Assembly: GCA_030704615.1 (NCBI GenBank) | Contig: CM060732.1 | Span: forward strand, 60,760,001 to 60,824,000 | Reading direction: 5' to 3' | DNA length: 64,000 bases | Source of the DNA: Takakia lepidozioides | Taxonomy: Eukaryota > Plantae > Bryophyta | Shown here: positions 11,341 to 24,724 of the stretch, one piece after another | How the letters are laid out: every line of letters begins with the position of its first letter | Numbering within the stretch: the stretch's first letter is position 1 | Program-made: the position numbers and the translations under genes | The notes under the pieces: model-generated | What the model saw: only the letters and a program-made list of their open reading frames with translations | The model's database searches: none | What the model was told of the DNA's origin: nothing

Positions 11341-12848
11341 CATTCAACGAATATTCTTGAAGCTGTCCGGATTGTCTGGAATTTTTTATTTATTTTTTGT
11401 TTTTAATAAAAATCAGTTTTATCAAATCTGCTATAATATTTCTTTCGTTTTTTTCTCTCTGTCTCTTCTTTCTTTCTTTCTTTCGTTTCTTCACTTATTC
11501 AATGTAAATGTTGTAGCACTTCCAAATATTACTTTGATTTTGTGATAAATACGTTGCAATTTATTAATATTTTATGATTGTATATGTAAATATGATAAGG
11601 GCAATAAAAATGAAATGTCAAAATTCTTATTAATATTAATTTTTTATCTCTTGTCTGTATTTGGATAGTTAAAAATATAATAATATAATAATTACACATC
11701 ACTAAAATCAAACAAATTCGTGTTGAAAATGAAATGAATATCAATACTGTTAATTTGCCCAAATTACTGCAAAAAAATAAAACAATGCATAGAATGGAGA
11801 ATCCTAAGAATAATGTATGAAGTTTAATGCACGCATGTGATCTTTGACAAGATGGTAGGTGTTATACAGCAGGGAATGTAACTCTACTCGGTGTAACTTA
11901 CATTTGTCTCTAAATTTGACCAAGTCCAAAATTTGGTTTGATAATTTAAGGGATAGTTACACAATACATAGATGACAGGAAAGCCAAAGATGACATTACA
12001 ACCCATCAATAATCAAACCTTTCATCTCATCGCCTTCATTACCATCACCCGCCGTTTCTTTTAAGAAACTTGGACAACAAGAGTGACTGAACAGTTTTGC
12101 AAAAAATAGCCGTACATTCTGTTCATCTACTGAAACTCATCCACCTCTGTACTTTAATCCATTTATATCATCCATATTTGGCAAATTCATCCATAGTTTA
12201 TTTTTTATTCGTAGAAGTTTGGTGATTTCATCCATGAAAAAACAGGGAATTTGCGACAGAATATATATATATATATATAGATATTGAGGTTGCAATTTGG
12301 CGATAAATCACCAATAAAAGAATAGGCTACTCATTATGGTCTGACAATCTCTTGTATTCTAAAGTATTTATTAGTGAATCCCAGACAATGTGGGGAAGAT
12401 GTGAAAGGGGGCAGCTAGAGGAGCCCATGCCGTCTAAATGTAACAAAATTACTATGAGAGCATATGCCTATATCATATTTTTACATTGTTCCTAATTGTT
12501 TTGCAAAAAAATATGTTTCAATCAAAAGGAACATTGTTTTCAAAAGTTGGCCAAGCGTATATTGGCATGTGGCATGTGAGTTTGGGGTTCAAATCAAACC
12601 TTGTCATCCGTCTCTTACCTTCGGAGGGGGCTCTGTAATGCCTGCATGGCTGAGAAAGGGGGTTTATTTTCCCCCTCAAGCTGGTGGGCTTGGAAACAGG
12701 AAAAACAAAACAAGAAATCCAATAGTTAATTCTAGATGGAAAAAGAATTTATCTATAGAGGTGTGTGTTTTACTAGAATTGAATCGCGAAACGAGTATTT
12801 AAATTAATATAGAAGAAATCAACAAAAGAGGATATTATACCTTATATA

Positions 12849-12853
12849 TGACG

Positions 12854-12885
<32 letters not shown>

Positions 12886-12928
12886 TGGAGCCTAAATCCA
12901 GCGCCTTAGACCACTCGGCCAAACCGTC
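12849..12928 (-). tRNA. tRNA-Leu (anticodon UAG)
   Basis: Reverse complement reads GACGGTTTGGCCGAGTGGTCTAAGGCG-CTGGA-TT-TAG-GC-TCCAG-TCCGAAAGGGC-GTGGGTTCAAATCCCAC-AGCCGTCA. This is a full cloverleaf with a long variable arm and A and B boxes. Confidence 0.97.
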
Positions 12929-13429
12929 TTCAATACAACACCTCAAGGTTTTAAAATATATACTGTTATTTAGAATTCAGGATTACAATACCCTCACTAG
13001 TTAACACATAACTTGGAGTAGAATTGACATTGGCCTGATTTTTCAATGATTCACTCACACGCATTGCATACAAATTGGCCCAACAAGGTCATTTTCGTGG
13101 AGGTGATTGGTGGCAGTTTGCCATACATTCTCTGCTTGACCTCACCTGTAGGTCTGTACAAGAGAGGGAAGACTCCGGCCAAAGTTCAAGCAGTGTTATT
13201 CGTTTGTAGCGATGTTGTTATAGGCCTGCAGTTTCCAATTTTTTGAACCAATTAGTGAGCGTGTCAAGAAAGGAGATCGATTGGCCCTCATTTTGCTGGC
13301 CATTCTTGACAAGCTGGCACCCAGCTGCGACTGCCATCAAGATTAGCTCTGTGCTTTGAGCTTCTTGGGTTCTCTACAATTTAGAACAAACTCTCGTTGA
13401 GCATTTGTTGAGAGTGCCTGCTACAGCTA

Positions 13430-13720
13430 GATAGATACCCTTGAGCAAATAACTGCTACACAAATCATGCTGTTGTATATGAGCAAAGACTTAGTTCCTG
13501 CAGGGCATGCAACGTTTCACTTGCTGATTGAAGAGCATACTGGCTGCAGGGGGACAAATGTGGTCTCAGGCTCAAGCAGTGGCATAGTGCTCTCAACAGG
13601 TGACAACACCTACATCAATTTCATCAGCTTTGGCGGACGCAGCTCCCATCAATGGCTTCCAGAATGGCGCTTGAAGGGTCTCATGTGTTCTCATCTGCTT
13701 CATGCTGGCCATAGCTTCCC
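13430..13720 (+). pseudogene. Fragment of a P-type (P3B, MgtA-like Mg2+) ATPase
   Basis: SKDLV...GTNVVSGSSSGIVLSTGDNTYI, then after a frameshift PINGFQNGA*RVSCVLICFMLAI. This resembles the actuator domain to TM3 region; no other exons are nearby. Confidence 0.6.
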
Positions 13721-14285
13721 AATCCTTGAGATGGTGGAAATTATCCCACCTTGGTTTCATTGTGTGTTATCATTTCATCTCTAATCTTAGATTGTTGAGA
13801 GTTCCAAGTGAGTTCTTCATTGAGTTTTGTTATCTTGTTTAGACGCCAAGGTGTTGGGGCCTTGTGGGTGCCTTCCAAACTCGTTACTCCACAAATATTG
13901 GCTAGTTGGCAGTTTCCCAACTATGTAGCTCATCATAGTTGAATAAAATCAGTTAGTCCACTGCAAAAATCTTCTTGTTGAGCGTTTGAATGTATGAGAC
14001 ATTTGGGTGTGATAGGGTAGTTATCAGTCCACCAAAAGACGACACTCTGAAGTAGAAGGATATGAAGAGGTGGTTGTTGTTGCCGTCTCCTCAATGCTCT
14101 CAGATTTGAACACCCAAGTTCCAGAATGTTTTAAGATGGAAGATATTTGCGCTAAGCTGATTGTTGCTAAGTACTATTTAAAGATGTTTGATAGTTCCTG
14201 GGCTGGCTAGTTGAAAGAAACGCAGGGTGTTGGTAGCAAAGCTGCCAGCTACAAACAGATTGTTGATAACATTTTCTCCCACATT

Positions 14286-17200
14286 CTACACTTGACGAGT
14301 AGGTAGAGTTACATTGTTAAGGCGCTCCAAGGCTAGAATCAATGCTTGTGTTCCCAAACTGCCTTCACCATACCCCTTCAAAGAGACGTACAGCTGCTGT
14401 GCCTGCATACAGTTCCAAATATCATCGCTCAAAAGAGCAAGATCTCTGTAGGTGTTGAGCACCAAATTTAAGAATCATAGTCAAAATATTGAATAGCACG
14501 CCAGGATCACAAAATATAATTATGGTTGACCTAAGATGTTGGGATTGCCTCAGTTTGTGTCAATGCTACAGACACCATGGCACTGAATTCGAAACAGTCA
14601 ATAGATTTGAGTGATATGACCAAAGTCTACTGTCAGAGTCAGTCTTGAATTCACCTTTCCCGTGTATATAGATATGACAAACATTGCAGGATCTCTCCCC
14701 TAGGCGCAAGAAGAGAGATGTAGTGACCCCATCCCCTTTCAAGTCTTTCCAGTGGACTCTATTGTGTGTTTGATACAACACTTTAAAATCACATTAAATC
14801 CGTATGTTTGAACTTCGCCACAAAAAATACCTGACGCAAAAAGTAGATTCACTAATGACTCCCTCAAAAGTTTGGAGGTAGGAAGAGACTTACAAGAGCA
14901 AGCCCTGGCAATGCAATGCCCATTTGCTGGCATTCCTGTAGTGCAATCCCAAGATCCTTTACAAAATGATCAATATAAAAGCCTGCATTCACCGCAACAG
15001 TCTTTAGCTTTATTGACTATTACATATCTTCAGTTATGACCACAAATGTTTCAGGAAACAAGGAAATTTAACTGGCATTTATAGGTCATAAGACTTTCGG
15101 ATTGAAAAAAATTGACAATTAAGACATGAGAATCTCTACCACACGAGATTCAGTGAATGTCCTACATTCAACTGCATGCTTCGGAAAACAAGGTAAATGA
15201 GAAACTCTCTCGAGTATTATGACACCTCAAAGCTGAAATGCAACAAGCAAACCGTACCAGCTTGAAGAACACCCCAATGGTTGTGTGCAATAATACAGAC
15301 ATGATAATAGAGGGACTAGAGCCTCTTGCATGGTGCTCATTTCACAATGATCTGCCGTGTGCTCAGAAACCTTAGATCCAATGAATCCATCCATGTGGGA
15401 AGCCCAAATCCTTGAAACTTCTCTCATACCGTAATGTGACGCCTGGAAGAAACTATGGCATGACAGGATTACCTGGCACAAAATCCCGTTTCTGAATGCG
15501 GGCAGAGTAGAGCTCCAATGACTTCGATCCAGCCGCACCCCCTGCTATTGCTTGTAGATATCTGTACAGCCATGCACAGAAATACAGTATTCTTAGAAAC
15601 AACGTGCAAACAGATTCCATTTGCATGGATGCTACATGCAGGGTCCAGTATGATCCTGCAAATCTACTACTGTTGTGGTCATGTTTCATGTGCTTTTCAT
15701 CTATCCCAACACACTATTTTTTTGGACATGCACAATTGTATACAAACTGCAATCTCACTTCATACAAGTTCCATAAATCCTGAATGCAAACCAAATCTTG
15801 CACTCTAACCAACTATCATGCAGAGGGGACCACGTCATAACTTTTATACAATTGGAGGTAAAAGCACAGCAAACTGGAAAAATCCACAATAATGAAGCTA
15901 TGAACTGAACTTTCACTCGTACATGTACATTAACAATATGCTCTAAACACCCAGGCAGATGATCTCTACCTGGGGTCTCCCATATACCAGCTCTTCTCCA
16001 AACAGGAAGAGTTTGTTAGCTGCCTAACATTTCCTGTTAACTATCCTCTAGAAAAAGTGTTAGGGGAGTCCAAGGCACAGTGTCTGGAGGGTTGAAACTG
16101 GAGAGGAGAAAGGCCTCACGTGGAAACATCAAGGCCTGCTTTATGTGCATACAACATTCCCTGTATCAAGACCAACCCCCACCATCATAAGCGGACTTGC
16201 CATCCAGAACTAGCTGACATTTCTCTTTGAAATGTTAAGCACATCGTCCAAGCAGCCAATTTCCGGCAATCCAAGAGTCTTCTTACGACCAACATATAAT
16301 TTGGTTGCCAACGCTGCTAAAATGTGCAAAACATCCTATTGAGAAGAGTATATGACATGGCTTCGTAAGCACACATACAGACATATATAATATATAGCAA
16401 TGTGCCAGTCAATCTGGCATTCCGTGCATGCATCTGATTTGCTGCAAACTAAGGGGAAAACGGAGTACAAAACAGCAATAGCATGTACCTCCACCATGCC
16501 AACCATTGTGGATGCAATTGTGATCTGCATGTCCAATAATCCCCAAGTTCAACTCTGGGTTCCAAACGTAAAAACGAATCAAAAGAGTATATGCATTTAC
16601 TCAGTTGGAGAGAGCAGCTTCCAAAAACACGTGAACTGACAATGTGGGAAACCATAATTATCAACAGTCCAAAACTAGTTTAGAGGAATGCTGACTACAA
16701 CTCTGGCCACTTCCCCTTCTTTAGTTCTTTGTAAGAGGTAAGAAAAGAGAGAGAATGTACTCATAAGACATTGTTTGCCGTAGCCTTGTGGCCATAGACC
16801 CCGTGCCCAGTTTGGGTGGAACAAAAGGGAACAGATACTGCTTTTGTGAGGGGCTCGCTCCAGTCGACAACTAGTTTGGGTTTTCCAGATATCCCTCTAG
16901 AAAGCCCTTCACACAAGCATCAACTTGCTGTGTGTGAGCTGCCCAGCAATTAGACCCCAACAGGCCAGGGTTTAGACTAAGCCTCAAGATTTTAGAAGTT
17001 GGTGAACAGAGGTTCGGGACAATATTCTTGATGTTCCTGAAGAGGGTCACACTTTGGTGAAAATATCCCGGACAATGTATCAGGAAATGGATATTGTCTT
17101 CAGGCTGCCTGCACATCGGGCAATAACAATCTCCTCTTCCGCTCTGCGTCTGTCTATTGTTCAAAGGCAGGCTTCCCGCCCTGAGTTTAAATTTCAGTCC

Positions 17201-20200
17201 AGTGCCGAGGCTAGGTAGGCCCTTGAGATCATCTCTGTAACATCTACAGAGGGCTACGAGGGCCCATGGGACAAGGTTGAACAAATGAAGAGCTTTTATA
17301 AGGAAATAGCTTAATGTCTTTCTGGACTTCCTTGTCATCATATCTGCATGTGACATCACTTTTCACAGTGCCTGATGGCCTATCTAGTTGAGGGACGTTG
17401 TCTTCAAGGACAATTGATGTATTCTGAAGTGGATCTTCAAAGATGAAGGTCTTCGCCAAAGATAGGATCTCTAAATAGACAATAGTGTCGCCCTCAAATC
17501 TCTTAGCATGCAAGAAAGAAGCAAAAAAGTTCTCTGGGAGAAAGAAAAAACTTTATACATGGCGCCCATGGAACAAAGTACCGATAAGTGTAACTCTATT
17601 GTGCAAGTCATAGAAGGAACCAGAAGAGCAAAGGCACCTGATTGGCAAGTTTGCAGCTTTGTCCACAGCCTGCAGAACCCAAATAGGTGGGAGAGCCCAT
17701 GCATTTGAACAGAGGTAAAAGTCTCCTAATCTGTCACACAAATCCACTTGCAGCATCTTTTATTAGACCAGCCAAACCCTTTACAGTAATAGCTCTTTGC
17801 ATTTGATTAACTCATACACACATAGCAGACAAGAACCTTTCATTGAATCTGCCCACTTAATGTACCTTAAAGCTGATTAACATTCCACGCAAAGTAGGAC
17901 TTACTGTCTCTTCGCGGCCACCAGCCATGATGGCAAGAGTCCCGGCCTTGGCTCCCTTGTCACCTCCTGAGACAGGTGCGTCAACTGCATCACACCCCCT
18001 TCCTTGCCACACCATCCTGTGAGTTGACCTTTACTACCCTTTGATAAGGAGTCCTCTCAGATCTAAGTTGCCATTACCCGCCTATCACTGTCAAGTCAGA
18101 GTGCATGTCAAATGCATCAGTCAAGCTATGCATCTACCTCTGCGTACGTCTGTGTGCAGTGTGCACCCTCTCACCCTCCAACTTTGTTTTTGTCTTATCT
18201 TCATGACCAGCAGACAGTTTTTTCTCTGTGTCATGATTCTGATAGCCTGTGGGGTACGACAAGTGGATTTCATAATTAACACTCAATCGTAAAGGAAAAA
18301 TTGAGCTCTCATGTCAAGCCTGAGATTGGTGCTAGCTGTTTCAAATACAACCATCACAAGCCCTGTTGGGTAAGGACCCTACATCCACCTATGATTCCTG
18401 CCATACAGGACCAATAATTGAACAGCTGTTGAAGAATGATCAAATGGTACTCTCTCTCCAAATAGATGAAATTTCTTTGTTTCTTTCTCATTCACTCGTG
18501 AAAAATCTCTCAACATCAAAATCCCATGAGAAAATCTGTTCTGCTTCCATAGAAAGGATGCCACATACTTCTGCTGAGCAGCCATAAAAATTTCACGAGC
18601 CAGGGAAGGCTCACTAGTTGTCATATCCACCACCTGACCCACCCACCCACACAAATGGACAAAATTTGAGTAACAAGCTTTCTTAACATCCTTCCGAGTA
18701 TTGCTCTAAAATATCTCCCGGCAGATTGTTTTGATTCTTAGTAAACAATTAATGTCCCCATGGATACTGTGAGTGGTAGGGCTACTTCTCACAGCTAACA
18801 CTTTTCATAATGGGATGCACAAACATAGAATGTACTCATAACACTTTGTTTCCTGTAGCACTGTGTCCATAGACCCCGCACCCAGTTTGGACGGAAAATG
18901 CACAAACATAGAGGTAGCAAGATAGCTTGTACACCCACAATTCCACCAGGACGAAGACCTTGCAAAATGCCTGCTTCTCCAAGAATGACTTCGCGCACAT
19001 CTGCTGGATACCTGCAGCACAATAATAGCAAACTCAACATGCTACAGCTCACAGTAGCTGAAGTGCTTGATATTTTCCTTAAAACGGTAAATGTAGGTCT
19101 GCATGTTCCCACTGAATGTATGCAAAATGATAAAAGAGAATGGAAGTCAAAAGTGTAACAACGTAATAGACAAGCAGCATCATCATCTACAAAAGGACAG
19201 AGCAACAGACATACCCAACAATTGTGAAAACAATGTCACTATTCTGGGCAACAGCCTTCGGAGAATCAACCATCACTGCACCTTTCTGACATAATGCCTC
19301 TGCTTTGCTGCTCTCAGCCATAAACAATACATGCCAAACTTGAATGTCAATTAGGGTTAAAGGAGACAGCTGCTGCAGTCTTCACTAAAATTTACAGAAT
19401 ATGTACTACTACTTGCCTGCAGGCTGGCTTCGCAAAAGCACCTGCTGGAAGTGAGTTACCACCTGTGGCCAATAACAATGCTAGATACACACATTCTCAT
19501 AAAATAATCTCCCTCGCAATCTTGTAATTCATTTCTGATATGTCTGCTACATATCTTGCCAATGACAAGATAGGCTCAACTGTACTGCAAGGGCCCCAAC
19601 CACATCTTAAGAAATAGCCCATGTAAGCTTATCATTACAACCGCATCTACCAATAACAATGATGTTACTTTCATCAACAGACATTGATGTGAGGTAAGTG
19701 AACATGCAGGTGGTTGCAAATGTGCTCTTTCAAATGGTAGGGCTAATGGGATGGGCTCATTGATGGCTGCAGAAGTACAGGCATGACAGCAACGGCAATC
19801 AATTACTACCTGGGTGTGCGATTAAAGAGAGTAACAGTGAAGCCGGCATCTTGGATATGGCTGCACATTGCCTGTCCCATGACGCCTGTCCCTATCCATC
19901 TGTATGTCACAAACATAAGTATACAACCCTTCTAACCAAGCACTTACCCTTCTTTGAGTTCACTATTGCACTTCCAATTTAAATCAAATCAAGACTCTAG
20001 TCAACTTTTACTTGTCAGGGAATCCAATTACAAGTATGTCGCCATAATCAAGGCAGCTCCAAAATGACTTTTTAAATTACTTGAAGTAGAAAGCTACTTC
20101 TGTCTTTGAATATGAATATCTGTTAAATGTGGAGGAGGACAAGCAAAAGTGATGATTGGCACGCCGGTTGTGCCTGACCATCCTCACAGGGAAAGTGATT

Positions 20201-21126
20201 GTATCCACGCAAGGTAAACAATTTAAAGCACCGAGAAGGTAATGAACAATTACCCAACTCGGGTTTGACCTGCCACAATCTCCTTCCTCGGGGGGTTGTT
20301 TTCTGCCATGAAATCCTGTGTACTGCTGCGGTCCTCCCAACTCAAACCTGGAATCATGACAATTCGTTTGAAGCACAGTGAAACATAGGTTGTGAGCATT
20401 TTCAAAATAATGGCAAGTTGACCTGAAGAACAGTTATACCGACAGTATGGACGAAGTTCAGTCAAGCCCCCCTCTGCAGACCAACCCAGTTGTTCTTTCA
20501 GCATCCAAGACCGGCCCCCTTCTCCCTCCATTTCTTCGGTTTTCACCTCCATCCATCACACTCTCTCACTCTAAAGATCTCATCGTCCGTAAAACAATTG
20601 ACTAAATTCGCCTGCGCCCTCTCCGAACTAGGTGTAGAACCCATACGAAGAGGATGTGCGCTGTTGTTGGGAACAAAACAGACAATGCATCGGGACTGCA
20701 CGCAACAAGGGTCAACGAGAAGAATCTGAACCAATTCAAACTAGGAAAGCTTCGCAGGTCGCAGCCGAATCAAATCAAAGCAGTAACAGAGTGTAAGCAA
20801 TGTCAGACTGGATCTTGCTCCAAAGTCATCAAAACGGTGAAAGTGCAAATCAAACTCTCCGATAATTGCTCTGACTCAATTGCACAAAATTCAAATTCAC
20901 ACCCGAGACTGTGGTCTATGGCGTTTCCCCCATACAGAAATTGGGCAGCAGCAGACCTGACCTCACCTCCAGCTTGCAAACAGCAGCTAGCCCCAGCCGA
21001 ATGAGAGAAGTTCAAAGAAAGCAACAAGCCTGCCGTTTGTAGGGAGGAATGACGAGAAAATGTGGTAACAAAGAAAGGGTTGATGAGACGCGATGCAGAG
21101 ATGCGTGACAGGGTCGCAGCTGCCAT
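14286..21126 (-). CDS. 3-hydroxyisobutyrate dehydrogenase / 6-phosphogluconate dehydrogenase-family NAD(P)-binding protein with an N-terminal targeting peptide, about 13-14 exons
   Basis: Exons encode [19 protein letters not shown] (19899-19810), [88 protein letters not shown] and [14 protein letters not shown] (stop 14286-14288). The 5' exon junctions are less certain. Confidence 0.9.
16742..17510 (-). mobile_element. 5'-truncated LINE (ORF2 C-terminus plus 3' end) inside an intron of the dehydrogenase gene
   Basis: ORF 16871-17359 contains [14 protein letters not shown]....[11 protein letters not shown], a CCHC knuckle typical of non-LTR ORF2 ends. It is followed by a 3' tail ending TTATGAGTACATTCTCTCTC. 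Confidence 0.75.
18827..18898 (-). mobile_element. Short copy of the same LINE/SINE 3' end
   Basis: AGAATGTACTCATAA...CCATAGACCCCGCACCCAGTTTGG aligns by eye with 16752-16822. Confidence 0.7.
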
Positions 21127-21284
21127 TTACTTACCTTCTGCCCTTCACTACACTACTTACACCACACTGCTGCAAAACCAGCGATTGAACAGTCATTCCA
21201 TGCAGGCAGCACATTCATTTTTTTTAATTGTTTTTTAAAGGAAACACATTCATAGAACATCGTTAGGTTTTGATCTATCATACC

Positions 21285-21494
21285 CTTTCTTTTCTTTTCT
21301 TTTCTCTTAAGGGAAAAGACCATCAGGCCCCTTGATAGTGAGAGGAGAAAATAACCTCTTTCAGGAGAAATGGGACACAGCCCAAGAGAAGGGGGAGAAG
21401 AGTATCCAAGTATACCACACCAGTCAAATAGCAGGATTTGACCCTTGGATCATCTGCGTGGCACTCAGTGTACTAACCAACTGAGCTACTGACT
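21285..21494 (-). mobile_element. tRNA-derived SINE
   Basis: On the minus strand: A box TAGCTCAGTTGG (21488-21477), B-box-like GGGTCAAATCC (21444-21434), an unrelated body and an (AAAAG)n tail. There is no complete cloverleaf. Confidence 0.65.
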
Positions 21495-21762
21495 ATTTCT
21501 TTTTTTAAATATACAAAGATTGATTTTTATACTTGATGGTATTGGTTAGTTTGGTGCAATGCCATGTTGGTAATGTGTGAGCCAGTAAAATCCTGTACCC
21601 TGTTAGTTGAGGGTTTGTAGTTGATTGTGGGTTGCTTCTACTCTGCTGCTAAGGCTACAATTCCTACAGAAACTTCCTGAGTCTCGTTGTTTGTAAAGGC
21701 CCCAAACCCATATGACAGTGCTTCCTTGAAATTCTTGGGGTCCAACTGCTAAATCTGTCTCT

Positions 21763-22930
21763 CTATCCCACGGTTTCCAGGGGTGATTCACCTTCCGGCT
21801 CCTTAACGGTAGCTCCTCGAGTCCCGAAGCCAGCCTGCTTCTCAGCTTTCTTGCTTTTCTTCTTACCACCTGCCGACCTCTCAACATTATGTTTCTCCAT
21901 AAGCGACTGAGACCTCTTGTGTGAGTTATATGAGTCCATAAATTGCGCCTCTTTTCTTGCTCTCTCCTTCTCGCGCTCTTCAAACTTGTCAGCTGGACCA
22001 CTTGTGAAAGCAGCTTGCTTAAGGGCAACCAGATATTGCATATTTGCCTTCTGAGCCTTGTCTGCTGGCGTCTCAGTCCAAGCACTCGTATCACCACGCG
22101 AGAGGCACACCTCTCTCTGAGGCGGAAGTCTTGTCATCCATTCATCTCTAGCCGCTGCCAGAGGACCTCTTAGCAGCTCGTCATCACCCTCTTCTACCAT
22201 TCCTCGTACACGCCTCCACTGTGCAGCAAATTTAGCCTGCATTTCAGCCACAAATTCTTCACGGGCCACCTCCTCAGCAACCTTGTGGTTAATCTCAGCT
22301 CTCTTTGTGGGAGTCCTTGAATGCCTTGTTTAGTACCATAAGGGCCTTGTGTGCTTGTGGATGTTTACACTTATGTGGATGCACTAGTAAAGACAATTTC
22401 CAATACTTTTTCTTCAAGACAGCAGGTTCAACATCTGACTTCACACCCAGCAGATCATATGCGTTCTTCACTTCACGACAAAGCATTCTGATCACCTCTT
22501 CAATTCGTTCAGCGTCATTAGCGTATGCAGCCTCCGCCACCACTGTTGGACAAGCAGGTCCGACGAAGGGATCATTTTCTAGCTCCAGCTCTGCCTCTCT
22601 CAGACGAGCCTCGGCTTCTGTAAGTCGTGCTGCAGCAGCTAACATGTCAGCAGATGGCAGTGCTGGACCAATGATCCTGAACTTGGTTTTGGGTGAATTA
22701 AGGCCTCTTCTCCTTCCAGCTTCATCACAACTGCTAACAGCGAGAGGCTCATGGAGATCATTGTCGGAGTGTTGGGCATGCGGTGGAAATCTGAAAACAT
22801 TGCTTCTGGTTCGCTTCTTCGTCCAGGATTCAGTTGGCAGCTATCCCCGCCATAAAACCAATCTACTCGAAAGCTTCACCAAGAGCTTAAATGCAAATCA
22901 CTTGCACCTGATGAGGTCTCGTCTCTGAAC
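21763..22930 (-). pseudogene. Processed pseudogene of a DnaJ-domain / GPALPP-DUF3752-type gene
   Basis: Intronless IIGPALPSADMLAAAARL...AYDLLGV..KKKYWKLSLLVHPHKC (HPD changed to HPH). There is a premature stop at 22295 and a frameshift before RDEWMTRLPPQR...SAWTETPADK. Confidence 0.8.
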
Positions 22931-23548
22931 AAACCCCATCTTTTAAAAATTGGCTTACCACTCCGTCATTGAGGAGGCGGCTTTGACAGGCTTCCTATCA
23001 TACTTTTTTCAGTCACCCAACCTATTTATGAGAGTGTCATACTTTTCTTAATCTTTTGTCTTTTTTTTCCTTTTTCTTCTTGTTTTTTTTGGCAAAGCCT
23101 GGCCTGAGGGAGGCCAAAGGTATTGATGATGAGGAAAAAAAACTTACCTCACATGACAGGCCACGGAGGTCTTTTTTCTTTTCTCTCTTTTGCATTTTAC
23201 TTTTTTTTCCAACAAAAACCTGGGGCCTAAAAAGTCAAAATTTTTGGACCTGTCACACTTTTGAGAAAAGCTAAATTGATGTGCAAAAGAGAAGAAAAGA
23301 ACCAAGGGAAACTGTATATAAGGATGAAGTTTTCTATCTCATTCACAAACTTCTTTCGAGATCAAGTTCTCCTCTCTCTCCTCTTGGATCTGTTCATTTC
23401 TCGGGGTCTTTGTTGCTACATAGCTTTGGTAGCTCTCTGTCTCTTCTTAGGCTTGGTTGGCACGTTGGCACTTCCCTGTGGTCTTTGTTGCTCGGTAGTT
23501 TTGGTAGGTGCTCATCAATCTTGGATGCGTAGTTTTATATTGGTGGCA

Positions 23549-24724
23549 ATGACAAACATTATGAGAGGTGCAGTGTTGCTTTTGGTCATCTTAGCTTCAG
23601 CTTTTAATCCGGTCAGATCACTTTGTCCATCGGGTGCTGTGTTCATGTTCGGAGACTCGCTATCGGATACTGGAAATGATCAGCTAGCATTTCCATTGAA
23701 CCAACAAGTACACCTGAGCAGACCTTATGGAGAAACATTTTTTGGACATCCAGCAGGTCGATTTTCGAATGGGCGGATTGTGATTGATTTCATAGCTCAT
23801 GCCTTTGGACTTCCCTTCCTCACCCCAATTCAAGCATACACAACGAACCGTACAAAGTCCAATTTTCAACATGGGATCAATTTTGCTTATGCTGGAGCTA
23901 CGGCACGAAACGATGACTACTTGGTTCCATATCATCTCGAGCTTCAAGTCGAACAATTTTTGGATTTCAAAACCAACGCACAATCAAAATTGGCAAGAGA
24001 ATTGATACCCACCTCAGAGAATTATGAGAATGGATTGTACATTATACACGCTGGGGGCAACGACTTCTCATACCAGTATCTCCGAGACATGGGTCCTACA
24101 AATGTAATGAAATACATTGTGCCTCAATCGGTGGCTGCAGTTTCAGCTGCTACAGAGAATTTATATAATGCAGGAGCTAGACACTTTTTTATTTACAACA
24201 ATCCTGCTGAAGGTTGCTCCACTATTTTCCTCTCAAACTGGGGCACTCCTGAGGTTTCAAGAGACGAGTACGGGTGTTTGATTCCCTTCAATGAAGTTGT
24301 TTTAGCGTACAATGAGGGCTTGAAAAGCATGATTAAGGATCTCCAACAACGGCTTCCGGGAATTTCCATTCACTTTGGTCGATACTATGACATCAACATG
24401 GACATTGTAAAAAATCCGGAAGAATATGGATTTCCAAAGGAGAACATATTCCAAGCGGCTTGTGGGTATGGACATCCATACAATTTCAACTTGGATGCTA
24501 TGTGCGGAAACATTAACGGAACCGTAGAAGGGAAAGCTGTGGATTTAGATGTGTACAAATCTAGGGATCCTAACAACTATATCATGTGGGATGGAGTACA
24601 CTTTACAGAAGCCTTCTACAAGATAGTAGCAAAGTCTTTTCTGACAGGAAAGTATTTGGAGCCACCTACCAATTTCATGAGAGAATGCAAGTTGAACGGG
24701 GAATATTTTGCCCAAGGAATGTGA
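23549..24724 (+). CDS. GDSL esterase/lipase, secreted, intronless
   Basis: Signal peptide, FGDSLSDTGN, PAGRFSNGR, GINFAYAGATA, GGND and WDGVHFTE. An alternative ATG is at 23525. Confidence 0.93.
   Translation: MTNIMRGAVLLLVILASAFNPVRSLCPSGAVFMFGDSLSDTGNDQLAFPLNQQVHLSRPYGETFFGHPAGRFSNGRIVIDFIAHAFGLPFLTPIQAYTTNRTKSNFQHGINFAYAGATARNDDYLVPYHLELQVEQFLDFKTNAQSKLARELIPTSENYENGLYIIHAGGNDFSYQYLRDMGPTNVMKYIVPQSVAAVSAATENLYNAGARHFFIYNNPAEGCSTIFLSNWGTPEVSRDEYGCLIPFNEVVLAYNEGLKSMIKDLQQRLPGISIHFGRYYDINMDIVKNPEEYGFPKENIFQAACGYGHPYNFNLDAMCGNINGTVEGKAVDLDVYKSRDPNNYIMWDGVHFTEAFYKIVAKSFLTGKYLEPPTNFMRECKLNGEYFAQGM

Noticed and set aside
21430-21494. Second tRNA gene
   Set aside because: A and B boxes are present, but there are no acceptor or anticodon stems and it continues into an A-rich tail, so it is a SINE.
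22305-22928. 207-aa plus-strand ORF (and similar antisense ORFs at 31908-32531, 41109-41924 and 53435-53833)
   Set aside because: These are shadow ORFs opposite real coding sequence.
23261-23548. N-terminal extension of the 487-aa GDSL ORF
   Set aside because: It begins at TTG in UTR-like CT-rich sequence, and the signal peptide starts at ATG 23525 or 23549.
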